Shown piece after piece: positions 1 to 8,573 of a stretch of 32,000 bases of DNA (positions are counted from its first letter, which is position 1; the number at the start of each line of letters is the position of its first letter). Position numbers and translations under genes: made by a program. The stretch is from Promethearchaeia archaeon (GTDB taxonomy: Archaea > Asgardarchaeota > Lokiarchaeia > Sigyniarchaeales > SOKP01), in NCBI GenBank assembly GCA_046497275.1, contig JAWOFX010000130.1, forward strand, positions 18,281 to 50,280, given 5' to 3'. The notes beneath the pieces are model-generated. The model was given only the letters and a program-made list of their open reading frames with translations. It was not told where the DNA came from and did not search any database.

Positions 1-240
1 TTTTTAAAAAAACCTTTCGTAATAGTTCTCTTCTTAAATAAACTCCATCTTTCAAAACTTAATTTTAATATTTAATATCACTCTAAAAAACCAAGAATAT
101 TTTTAAACCCTCTTGATAATAAAAAAAGTATAAAAAAATTGAAAAATTATCTTTATTATATTTTCCGAATTCCTTATTTGTCTGAAGATTAACCAAACTG
201 TCTATCTCCTAAAGTAAATAAAAGATATTCTTGACATTCC

Positions 241-534
241 CTAAAATAAGGAGCCAATTCCTGCCGGTTCTTCCTCTTCCTCTTCCTCTTTTTTAGCCTC
301 TTCTTCTTTTGCTTGAGGAGCACCACCACTTGTAGCAGGCATTGATGCTACAGGAGCAGCTGAAGCAGATTGTAATATTGTATCAATATCTGTCTCATTT
401 AAACCAGCCACAAGCTTTGTAATTTGCTGTTTATCTGGTTCTATATCAGCAGCTTTCAAAATCTTTTCAATACTTGCTTCGGTAATGTCTTTCGATGCTT
501 TATGAAGCAAAAGTGCGGCATAAATACTTTCCAT
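241..534 (-). CDS. rpl12: 50S ribosomal stalk protein P1 (archaeal L12/aP1)
   Basis: N-terminal 'MESIYAALLLHKASKDITEASIEKILKAA', Ala-rich hinge, acidic EEEEEEEE tract and C-terminal GIGSLF; last gene of the L11-L1-L10-L12 cluster; GAGGT SD-like motif upstream. Confidence 0.95.
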   Translation of the reverse strand: MESIYAALLLHKASKDITEASIEKILKAADIEPDKQQITKLVAGLNETDIDTILQSASAAPVASMPATSGGAPQAKEEEAKKEEEEEEEPAGIGSLF

Positions 535-579
535 TTTCTATTACCTCTAATTTTTTAATTTTTAATTTTTAATATATTA

Positions 580-1554
580 TTAGAATAAGCTTCCTATTCC
601 AGAAACTTCATCCTCCTTTTCCTGATCTTTCTTTTCTTCTTTCTTCTCTTCAGTTTTAGGTTTCCCACTTGGAGGTGATGCAATTCCTTCTCCAAAAATC
701 ATCGCATTCATAACATTTGCATGAGATTGTGCTTTTTTAAGATAATCCTCGATGAATGTTTCATCTATAAATGGCATCTCGAAAAGTAAAGCTATTGCTT
801 CGCGATGAGCTTTCTGCATCAAAGGTTCAAAGGTTTCTTTGTCGATTATCCCTAGTTCAAGGGCTATTGTCTGTGCTATTATATATGAAGATGCAACTTC
901 CTCTCTAAATTTCGCCAAATCCATATATATAACATCTTCAAGAATAAGATCCCCATCAGACCAGGCAGTATGAATCTTTAGAATTGATTCAATGGGTTCA
1001 ACTCCAAGCTTTTTCAATACAGATGCTTCTTTAGTTGAAACAATATCTCCTGCTTCATGGGTGACCGTATCTTCTCGGATATGTATTGTGTCATTTTTAA
1101 TCATGGTAGGTAGCTTTAAAGTCATATTCAATTCACTTATTACTTGACCAGTGGGCAATCCAGTATCTCCTGCAGGAACGACAATATCAACGGGAGTCCG
1201 TTGATCAGGTTTTGCGGCAACCATCCATTTATTTTCTAAGAAAATTCTTCTTAATTCAAAAGGATCTATATCAGTAAAAATAAGAGCGGATTGACCAGGT
1301 ATACTTTCTTTTAATTCATCTATATTTTCCTTATTACTCTCTTCTTGATATTTATCAAGCGCTCGCTGTTGCAAAGATTTTTTCGACATTCGAATTACCG
1401 CTTTACCTCTAAGTATTTTTCTCATCTCCTGAACTTGTTTATCGTTAATATTAGAAACATCAATTACAATAATATTATCGTATTTTTCCATTAAATCCTT
1501 AAGATATTTAATCTCATCCTTTTTCCATTGAGGGATTGTTTTTTCTGACATCAT
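580..1554 (-). CDS. rpl10: 50S ribosomal protein uL10 (acidic ribosomal protein P0)
   Basis: 'IPQWKKDEIK', 'QEMRKILRGKAVIRMSKKSL', 'VPAGDTGLPTG' and a charged tail ending GIGSLF; canonical gene order. Start may be the second Met (1551). Confidence 0.95.
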   Translation of the reverse strand: MMSEKTIPQWKKDEIKYLKDLMEKYDNIIVIDVSNINDKQVQEMRKILRGKAVIRMSKKSLQQRALDKYQEESNKENIDELKESIPGQSALIFTDIDPFELRRIFLENKWMVAAKPDQRTPVDIVVPAGDTGLPTGQVISELNMTLKLPTMIKNDTIHIREDTVTHEAGDIVSTKEASVLKKLGVEPIESILKIHTAWSDGDLILEDVIYMDLAKFREEVASSYIIAQTIALELGIIDKETFEPLMQKAHREAIALLFEMPFIDETFIEDYLKKAQSHANVMNAMIFGEGIASPPSGKPKTEEKKEEKKDQEKEDEVSGIGSLF

Positions 1555-1560
1555 TTTTCA

Positions 1561-2289
1561 TTATTCACCCACACTATCCAGGAATTCCTCGTCTACTTTA
1601 ACAGGTTTTCCCATTGTTGTTTTTATATACATATTTCGGATATTATTATATTTATGAGGCATTTGATCGACAATATAATCAACCACAGTTTCAATGTTCT
1701 CAAAAACCTTTTCATTTTCCATAGATTTTTTACCTACCTTAACTTGGATCATTGGTGTTTTTTTTACTTGAATTCTAATAATTCGTTTATATCTATTGAT
1801 AGCATTTTCAAGCTCTTCTACTGTAGAAACGATTCCATACCCTGCTGGAAACGGTTTCGGCATTTTACCTCGTGGGCCAAGAAACCTCGCTAAGTATCGA
1901 GCAACTGTAGGCATTAATTTATCTTCTACAATAAAAAACTTATAGTTCTTTACAAATTTTTTTTTTTCTTTCTTCTCTTGAGCGTTTAATTTTTCTAATC
2001 CATCAGAATCCAGTGTATCTACATCCATCTTTTTCGCTTGTAATAAAAGCTCTCCAGATGCTATTACGCATAGTTTTGATTCCCTTTCCTTTGCTACGGG
2101 ATGTGGCAATATTAATTCTTTATCAATTCGTTGTTTCGGATCATTAAGATCAATATCTTTAATATTAATGATTAAATCGACAGATTCATCAAAATTACGT
2201 TTTTTAGGTTTATGTCCTTCTTTTTCTCTTACAGAAAAATCTATAGCTGTTGTTAACGATCGTTTTAATAATCTATCATCAACTTTCAT
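1561..2289 (-). CDS. rpl1: 50S ribosomal protein uL1
   Basis: 'KRNFDESVDLIINIKDIDL', 'LGPRGKMPKP', 'YIKTTMGKPVKV'; 4-nt ATGA overlap with the rpl11 stop codon. Confidence 0.96.
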   Translation of the reverse strand: MKVDDRLLKRSLTTAIDFSVREKEGHKPKKRNFDESVDLIINIKDIDLNDPKQRIDKELILPHPVAKERESKLCVIASGELLLQAKKMDVDTLDSDGLEKLNAQEKKEKKKFVKNYKFFIVEDKLMPTVARYLARFLGPRGKMPKPFPAGYGIVSTVEELENAINRYKRIIRIQVKKTPMIQVKVGKKSMENEKVFENIETVVDYIVDQMPHKYNNIRNMYIKTTMGKPVKVDEEFLDSVGE

Positions 2290-2789
2290 AATAATTCCTC
2301 CGTAATTTGATCATCATATTCTCCATTATCAATTCTTTTTTGAATAGTTCGAGGATCTTCTCCTTCAATGGTCGCTCCTATTGATAAGGCTGTCCCAAGA
2401 ACTGTTCTCATGGCAGCTTTATACGTTTTTTCTAAAAAAGTATCTTTTTTTGCTTCAACAACAGACTTAATTTGATCTAAGGTTAAATCCCCTATTTTTT
2501 CTTCTGCACAATTAGAACTTCCTTGCACCGCTCCTAATTCTTTTAGAAGCAAAGATGCTGTTGAAGGAGTCTCAATAAATATCTCAAATTTCTTAGTTTC
2601 TGGATCACACACTATTCGTACAGGTACAGATAATCCTTTGAACATTTGCGTTTCTTCATTTATTTTATCTATGACATCTTTTATGTTTATACCAGTTGGT
2701 CCAACTGCAGGACCGATAGGCGGTCCACCAGATGCACTACCTCCTGTAACAAGTGCTTTAACTACTATTTTTTCCGACTGTTCACTCAT
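2286..2789 (-). CDS. rpl11: 50S ribosomal protein uL11
   Basis: 'LVTGGSASGGPPIGPAVGPTGINI', 'TPSTASLLLKELG', 'GTALSIGATIEG'; GAGGA SD-like motif upstream. Confidence 0.96.
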   Translation of the reverse strand: MSEQSEKIVVKALVTGGSASGGPPIGPAVGPTGINIKDVIDKINEETQMFKGLSVPVRIVCDPETKKFEIFIETPSTASLLLKELGAVQGSSNCAEEKIGDLTLDQIKSVVEAKKDTFLEKTYKAAMRTVLGTALSIGATIEGEDPRTIQKRIDNGEYDDQITEELL

Positions 2790-2820
2790 TTGTAATCCTC
2801 TTCAATAATTATTATATTTT

Positions 2821-2928
2821 CAAAACAAATAGTAAAAAGGCTAAATTGTAGGTTCGTTTATTTCAATACATTTTATGATGCTATATTGAAACCGTTAAAC
2901 ACGTACTAAGCCTTTTAGAATTGTTTTG
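2821..2928 (-). promoter_or_regulatory. Long imperfect hairpin upstream of rpl11, candidate structured 5' leader
   Basis: Nested complementary arms: 2821-2828/2921-2928 (8 bp), 2835-2842/2909-2916 (8 bp), 2848-2850/2904-2906, 2856-2860/2896-2900 and 2861-2870/2882-2891 (10 bp including a G-U pair that forms only in the minus-strand transcript). Confidence 0.5.
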
Positions 2929-3172
2929 ACTTAGTAAATTTAAAAATACTTGAAAATTAAAAAGTTTTATTAAAAAAATAGAAAAAAAAGATATTATGTG
3001 AATTGGTATTTTTAGACTCTATTCATTTAATAGCCAATTTACTATATAATCTGGAAAGAAAAATCCTAAGTAATAAGTTATAGAACTTATGATTAAAATC
3101 AAGCGAACAAGTATAATCATAAAAATTGTTGTTTAGGAAGAGATAATTATTTAAATTTTGAAATTTGTAATG

Positions 3173-3361
3173 TTAGTGAGTCCAGCGACAACACAATCTT
3201 CTGCCATAATCTAAATTATTTTTCAAATATTCTTCAGAAAGGATTTCATGTACTGTTTGGTAGTCTAAATTAAGCTTTTTGGCAATATCTTCTATATCCA
3301 TGCCTGGAATGGTTATTAGCTCCAAAATAGTCTTTTTTGTCTCTTCATTTACTTCAATCAT
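3173..3361 (-). CDS. Small hypothetical protein with HTH-like segment
   Basis: 62 aa; 'PGMDIEDIAKKLNLDYQTVHEIL' fits a helix-turn-helix pattern; co-oriented downstream of the FAH-family gene. Confidence 0.7.
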   Translation of the reverse strand: MIEVNEETKKTILELITIPGMDIEDIAKKLNLDYQTVHEILSEEYLKNNLDYGRRLCCRWTH

Positions 3362-3430
3362 TTTGATTCACTAAATTATAGAGAAATACAAATTAAAAAT
3401 ATCTTTTTTATATTTTAAAATTTTTGCCCT

Positions 3431-4108
3431 TCATTCTTCTAATAAAACTTTATTGTGGAGAGTTCCTATATTTTCAATATAAATTTCAATAACATCTCCA
3501 GGTGAAATTGGTCCAATTCCACTCGGAGTACCAGTAGCAATAATATCATCTGGCTTTAAAGTAAAAAATTGAGAAATATAGTTAATTAAAAATGGTATTT
3601 TAAAAATAAGATATTTAGTATTCGAAAATTGTTTCCTTTCACCATTTAATTTTAACTCTAAGTTAAGATTATGAGGATCATCTAATTTTACGATTTTCGG
3701 ACCGATAACACCAAATGTGTCAAATGATTTTGATTTAAACCATGGTTTTTTTGAAGATATATCCTTAATCTGCATTTTTCTTGCTGTAACATCATTAAAA
3801 ACACTATAACCTAATATATATTCATAGGCATTGTCTTCTGAAATATTCTTTCCTTCTTTTTTAATAATGACAGCCAATTCCGCTTCATAGTCTACCCTGT
3901 TATATTTTTTATTATTATATAGTATTTTGGGGTAGATAATGGGATCTTTATGACCGATCAAACAATTTAATGTTTTATTAAAAAGAAGTGGTTCTTCAGG
4001 AATTTCTCTATGTGTTTCTTCAATATGATCTTTATAATTCAACCCTAAACAGATTATTTTTGTGGGATTTAGCGTTTTCTTTCCTATTTTTATCATAATT
4101 GTTATCAT
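3431..4108 (-). CDS. Fumarylacetoacetate hydrolase (FAH) family protein
   Basis: 'KIICLGLNYKDH', 'VDYEAELAVII', 'YSVFNDVTAR', 'KSKSFDTFG', 'DIIATGTPSGIG'. Start may be Met at 4099 or 4093. Confidence 0.93.
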   Translation of the reverse strand: MITIMIKIGKKTLNPTKIICLGLNYKDHIEETHREIPEEPLLFNKTLNCLIGHKDPIIYPKILYNNKKYNRVDYEAELAVIIKKEGKNISEDNAYEYILGYSVFNDVTARKMQIKDISSKKPWFKSKSFDTFGVIGPKIVKLDDPHNLNLELKLNGERKQFSNTKYLIFKIPFLINYISQFFTLKPDDIIATGTPSGIGPISPGDVIEIYIENIGTLHNKVLLEE

Positions 4109-4263
4109 TTAATCCTCTAAGATTTATCAATATTCCTAATTGAAGTATTTGGGGAATCTGAAAAAATTGGACGAATTATTTAAATCATAGAACGTTAATT
4201 ATACTAAGCAAATTAATTGCTTTTCTACTCAAATATTTAAATCTTTAAATATATTTTTAATAG

Positions 4264-4833
4264 GTGTTTGTAATCAGTAATAGCATCAATTCTGAAAATA
4301 AAAGTTCACGAACTAGGACAAGTATTGCTAAACGAGTAGCAACTACTGGATTATTAATTCCTGTAGGCTTGATATTGAGTTACATCAACCCTTTTGCTTA
4401 TATTCCTATTGCTGGAGCGAAAGTTAACCCCTTTGCTCATATTATTAACTCTATTTCTGGAGTTTTAATTGGATTATCCTTTTCAATAACTACCGCATTA
4501 GCAATCGCAGCTTTAAGATTTTCTCTCGCGATTGGATCTATTCATGCATTTCACGGAGGAGTTTCAGGAGCTTTAGTAGTTGGGGTCTTTTCTTTCATAT
4601 TAAGAAGAAAAAATGAAAAATATGTCGAATACGCAGCGCTTTTTGAACCTCTTGGAACTATTTTTATTGGAGGAACTATAGCATATTTAATCTCTCCGAT
4701 TGGGACTATTTTATATGGTCTAAGCTTTTGGTGGGGATTATTTGCAGCTAATTGTATCCCAGGATCTATAATAGGCTTTTTAACTTTAAAAATCTTGAAT
4801 AGAGCAGGGCTCTCATGGAAGGATTTTTTCTAA
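4264..4833 (+). CDS. thiW: ECF transporter S component, ThiW family (thiazole/thiamine precursor uptake)
   Basis: Multi-TM protein; 'IPIAGAKVNPFAHIINSISGVLIG' and 'GSIHAFHGGVSGALVVG' match the ThiW pattern; 'FEPLGTIFIGG'. GTG start. Confidence 0.75.
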   Translation: MFVISNSINSENKSSRTRTSIAKRVATTGLLIPVGLILSYINPFAYIPIAGAKVNPFAHIINSISGVLIGLSFSITTALAIAALRFSLAIGSIHAFHGGVSGALVVGVFSFILRRKNEKYVEYAALFEPLGTIFIGGTIAYLISPIGTILYGLSFWWGLFAANCIPGSIIGFLTLKILNRAGLSWKDFF

Positions 4834-4864
4834 CTAATAGATATTTGGTTTAATATAATATATT

Positions 4865-5464
4865 ATGAATTGCCGAAATAAATTGGATTTTGAAAGAATA
4901 TTGGGAATAAAGGTACTTTTATATGGTGAGACAAATACATATAAGACTTTCTGTTCCGCTAAATATGTACAATTTCTTTTAGAAGATAGAAAAATTAATC
5001 CTAACCAAATTTCAATAATTGATTTCGCACCTAAATTGCAAACTATTGATGATTTGAAAATAGGTGGAAAGGTTAAGGATTATTTTAAAAAGAGTAACTT
5101 ATGTAGATATTTGGACACTAATGAAGAAATCATCCCTCCACGATTACATGCTAAAAATAGGAAGGAATTATATCATAACGTATGTCATAATTATAGACAA
5201 ACAAGAATAATTCTTCAAGAATTTAACGAGAACCCAACCCCATATTTAGTAATAAATGACATTTCTATCTATCTCCATTTAGGGGATAAAAGAGATTTGA
5301 TTGAAGCAATGGAAAATGCTAAAACTGTAATTGGAAATGCATACTATGGTAAAAATATTAGTCAAAAAGCTAAATTTGCAAGATTATTTAGTCTAAAAGA
5401 ACAAATCAAAATAAAAAATCTTAGAAAATATTTCGATAAAACAATTCTAATGGAAAAAACTTAA
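4865..5464 (+). CDS. Uncharacterised P-loop-like protein
   Basis: Hydrophobic strand followed by 'GETNTYKT' (Walker A-like with G-to-Y change), 'IIDFAP' and Walker B-like 'LVINDIS'. Confidence 0.7.
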   Translation: MNCRNKLDFERILGIKVLLYGETNTYKTFCSAKYVQFLLEDRKINPNQISIIDFAPKLQTIDDLKIGGKVKDYFKKSNLCRYLDTNEEIIPPRLHAKNRKELYHNVCHNYRQTRIILQEFNENPTPYLVINDISIYLHLGDKRDLIEAMENAKTVIGNAYYGKNISQKAKFARLFSLKEQIKIKNLRKYFDKTILMEKT

Positions 5465-5808
5465 TTTGGGAGTTCATTTGAAAGGCTGAAAATTTCACAT
5501 TGAAGGATTTTTTTAAATTCTAAATCCCTTTCATCTAAACAACCATTATTATCGTAGATATCAATAGGACACTCATAATCAGTAGAAAGTAAGGCTGAGA
5601 TTATTAAATTAGAGATAGTACTATAACATCCTGTTCTTTCTTTATATTTGAACAAATCATCAACAAGTTTCGATACCAATTCAAATTTCTTCTTCTGTTT
5701 TATTCTCTTATTTTGAGCATATGTTATTTCAATTTGCTTCCCCATCATTTCATAACTGTAATTCTTCTCAACATGCAATCCATTTTTTTGATTGTTCATA
5801 TCAATCAT
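5461..5808 (-). CDS. Hypothetical protein
   Basis: 115-aa ORF with protein-like composition; its stop overlaps the stop of the convergent gene; no recognised motif. Confidence 0.6.
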   Translation of the reverse strand: MIDMNNQKNGLHVEKNYSYEMMGKQIEITYAQNKRIKQKKKFELVSKLVDDLFKYKERTGCYSTISNLIISALLSTDYECPIDIYDNNGCLDERDLEFKKILQCEIFSLSNELPN

Positions 5809-5998
5809 AATCTGATTTAAATTAGTTGGAACTCTAAAACAATTCTAAAATTAATTTGATTAGAATTCATAAAAACTCATATAATATTTAAGTGATATAT
5901 CAAAAAAATGAAGGTTAAATAACAAGTAAAACTAATTTGGACGTTTAAATATATTTGAATGACTAATAACTATAAATAAAATAGGATTATGAGATGAT

Positions 5999-7567
5999 TT
6001 AAGAAAGAGACTCTTTTTTAGATGTTGGATATTGAGGAATATGTGTTTCTATTTTGTATTGTTGCCCTGTTTTTTGTTCTATATGCTTTGCTTTATTAGT
6101 TATCGCCTTTAACTCATCCGATATTTTTGATGTAGATATTCCTTGGCTTCGCAGCATTTCAAATCCGTTCTTTATAACTTCACTAACAAATCTTGGTATG
6201 CTTGAAAGCATCCAATTAAATTTCCCGAACGGATTACAATATCTTTTCCCTACCATTAAAAGCCATTCTTTTCCAAAATAGTAGGACGAATATGCTTCGA
6301 CTACTAATTCATATAGTTCTTTACTTGATAATTCATCAGTATCCATCATTGATTGGAATAGATCATAATTTCTGTAATTTTTTGATGCAATCTTTCCTTG
6401 AGCTTCCATCTCATCATAAAATTCAGTTCCAGGAAAAGCAGTTATTGGGGTAAATTGAACACATGTTAAATTAAGTGATTTGGTAAATTGAATGGTTTGC
6501 CTTACCATTTTTTTAGTTTCTCCAGGAAAACCTATTATAACTCCTCCAAAAATCGAAATACCATAGTCTTGAAGCTTTTCCACCACTTCTCTTGTCATAA
6601 TTGGTGTTGTCCCCCGTTTATTCATCGCATTTAAGCTTTGTTGATGTACTGACTCAATACCAAGAAAAACTTGCCTCATCCCCGCTTTATGCATCAAATC
6701 GATTAACCAAGGATTTCTATGTAGCGTATCAACTCTCGATTGACAACTGAAATACATCTTGTTATTTACTCGGGACTTAATAATCGCATCAAGTATGCGT
6801 TTTGTTCTTTTTATATTTATAGTGAAATTATCTTCGCAGAAAAAAATGAAATCATTTTCTTTCCAATTGACATCATAGATTTCTTTCATTATTCGTTTCA
6901 CGCTTTTTGACCTATAGGATAAATGAGAATATGGATCGCTCCACATCTTATGAATACAACAAAATTTACATGAATGAGGACATCCTCTTGAACTTTCAAG
7001 GGAAGCAACTCTCACTCCCAAATAAACATATTTAGAATCATCAATTAAATCTCGTCTTGGTAAAGGAAAGTTATCTAGATTCTTTTCTAACTTACGATCC
7101 TTGTTATGAATCACTTTTCCCTTCTCATCTTTATAGGAAAGTCCATCAATATCTTTTAGCGTTATTTTGTGTTTATTGTCATTGATAAAATCGATTAGTT
7201 CTCGAAAAGTGTGTTCCCCTTCTCCTCTAATGACATAATCCACAGATGGATGTTTTATTACATGATCAGAAGCTAAGGTTGGGTGATATCCTCCAAGAAT
7301 TGTTGGACAGTCTTGTTTCTTGGCGATGTCCGCAATCTCGAATGCACTGTAAATTTGTGGCGTCATGCTTGTTATCGCAACAACATCATGCCTATTTAAT
7401 TCGCTAGCTAATTTATTTTCATCAAAATCTTGAACCTTATAATCAATAAGTTTTGCATCGTGCTCGGGAACCATTGCGGCTAAGGTCATTAGGTTTAGGG
7501 GTTGCCCTTTAATAATAAAGTCAAGACCTGCTCTAATTCTTGTTGGATTGATATATAAAATTTTCAA
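5999..7567 (-). CDS. Cobalamin-binding domain radical SAM protein (class B-like)
   Basis: N-terminal B12-binding region ('PLNLMTLAA', 'VAITSMT', 'ILGGYHPT', 'VIRGEGE'), CxxxCxxC 'SRGCPHSCKFC', 'VFLGIES', 'IIGFPGET'. TTG start. Confidence 0.92.
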   Translation of the reverse strand: MKILYINPTRIRAGLDFIIKGQPLNLMTLAAMVPEHDAKLIDYKVQDFDENKLASELNRHDVVAITSMTPQIYSAFEIADIAKKQDCPTILGGYHPTLASDHVIKHPSVDYVIRGEGEHTFRELIDFINDNKHKITLKDIDGLSYKDEKGKVIHNKDRKLEKNLDNFPLPRRDLIDDSKYVYLGVRVASLESSRGCPHSCKFCCIHKMWSDPYSHLSYRSKSVKRIMKEIYDVNWKENDFIFFCEDNFTINIKRTKRILDAIIKSRVNNKMYFSCQSRVDTLHRNPWLIDLMHKAGMRQVFLGIESVHQQSLNAMNKRGTTPIMTREVVEKLQDYGISIFGGVIIGFPGETKKMVRQTIQFTKSLNLTCVQFTPITAFPGTEFYDEMEAQGKIASKNYRNYDLFQSMMDTDELSSKELYELVVEAYSSYYFGKEWLLMVGKRYCNPFGKFNWMLSSIPRFVSEVIKNGFEMLRSQGISTSKISDELKAITNKAKHIEQKTGQQYKIETHIPQYPTSKKESLS

Positions 7568-7879
7568 TATTAATTTTCTCTTTTAAAGTAATTTAATTGT
7601 ATTAGTTTATATAAAATTTTATGGCATTCTAATATTAATTATTTTCGTTGAAATTGAAGAAAATATTTCAATTAAAAGAAAGAATATTATTATAATCATA
7701 AGACCTCCTTAACTATTAAAAATTTGGATTCTCAAATATATTAATTAAATATATCTTTTTCAATCATGAGGAATAATAATTTTTAAAGAATCTTGATTTT
7801 TCGTTCTAATTAGAAATGACTTTTATTTTGTAAGAAATTATTTAAATTTAATTTTGAGAAAAAATTAAAAGGAATTATT

Positions 7880-8548
7880 ATGAGTAAAAAACGAAAATTG
7901 GTTCTTTTTGGTCCACCTGGCGCTGGTAAGGGTACTTTTGCCTCGCAAATAAAAAAAGTCTTGCCGAATATTATTCACGTTAGTACAGGCGACATCTTTA
8001 GAGAGAATCTAAATAATGAAACTGAACTGGGATTAAAAGCAAAAGAATATATGGAAAAGGGAGAATTAGTTCCCGATGATGTTGTCATTGATATGGTAGA
8101 TGATCGTTTAAATAAAAAAGACCTTAAAAAGAATGGCTTTATTCTCGATGGATTTCCTAGAACCTCAGAACAAGCTAAAGCGCTATCAGAAATAACAAAT
8201 ATTGATTTATTCCTCTTGTTAGAGGTCCCGAGAGATATATTGAAGAAGAGAATTTTAGGTAGATTTTCTTGCCCTGAATGTGGAGAGATTTATAATAAAT
8301 ATACTCTACAACCAAATAAAAAAATCGGAGAAGATAAATGGATTTGTAATAAATGTGGGACAGAAATAGAATTTGAACAAAGAAGTGATGATACGGAAGA
8401 GACCTTAGAAAAGCGGTTAGATGTATATGAAGAAAATGCAACCCCTATAAAGAATTATTATGATGAAAGAGGAAAATTGAAAAGAGTTGACGCACAGAAT
8501 ACATTAGACTTATCTGAAGGAGAAATTAAACAAATAATTGAAATTTAA
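7880..8548 (+). CDS. adk: Adenylate kinase, bacterial-type with Cys4 LID
   Basis: 'GPPGAGKGT', 'HVSTGDIFR', 'GELVPDD', 'GFILDGFPR', LID 'CPECG...CNKCG', 'QRSDD'. Confidence 0.93.
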   Translation: MSKKRKLVLFGPPGAGKGTFASQIKKVLPNIIHVSTGDIFRENLNNETELGLKAKEYMEKGELVPDDVVIDMVDDRLNKKDLKKNGFILDGFPRTSEQAKALSEITNIDLFLLLEVPRDILKKRILGRFSCPECGEIYNKYTLQPNKKIGEDKWICNKCGTEIEFEQRSDDTEETLEKRLDVYEENATPIKNYYDERGKLKRVDAQNTLDLSEGEIKQIIEI

Positions 8549-8573
8549 CTTATTTTTCTTATTTTTTATATAT

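Noticed and set aside
1-55. Possible start of a minus-strand gene (TTG at 55, MKDGVYLRRELLRKVFLK...) running off the window
   Set aside because: Only about 18 codons are visible, another frame is also open, and no motif is recognisable.
1654-1893. Antisense ORF inside rpl1 (and similar shadow ORFs at 6054, 8175, 12737, 14175, 14427, 14742, 15352, 16088, 17515, 18264, 20765, 22505, 23018, 24175, 28712, 28723, 29200, 29736, 30327, 30992, 31230)
   Set aside because: They overlap well-supported genes on the other strand or frame, and their compositions mirror the sense codons (for example the Ser-rich 28712 ORF opposite the acidic uS2 tract); no independent motifs.
1957-1967. 11-nt A run in the rpl1 coding strand (also 10 A near the cooC start) as a phase-variation or frameshift site
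   Set aside because: The runs encode Lys tracts in intact frames, which is expected in an AT-rich genome; no alternative frame product is apparent.
4150-4222. TPP riboswitch upstream of thiW (GGGG...CTGAAA...GAAC)
   Set aside because: It lacks the conserved CUGAGA and GAACCUGAU...AGGGA core and the supporting helices.
5846-5860. 15-mer AAAACAATTCTAAAA matching the reverse complement of 2913-2927
   Set aside because: Very AT-rich; a few such matches are expected by chance in a window of this composition, and the flanks do not align.
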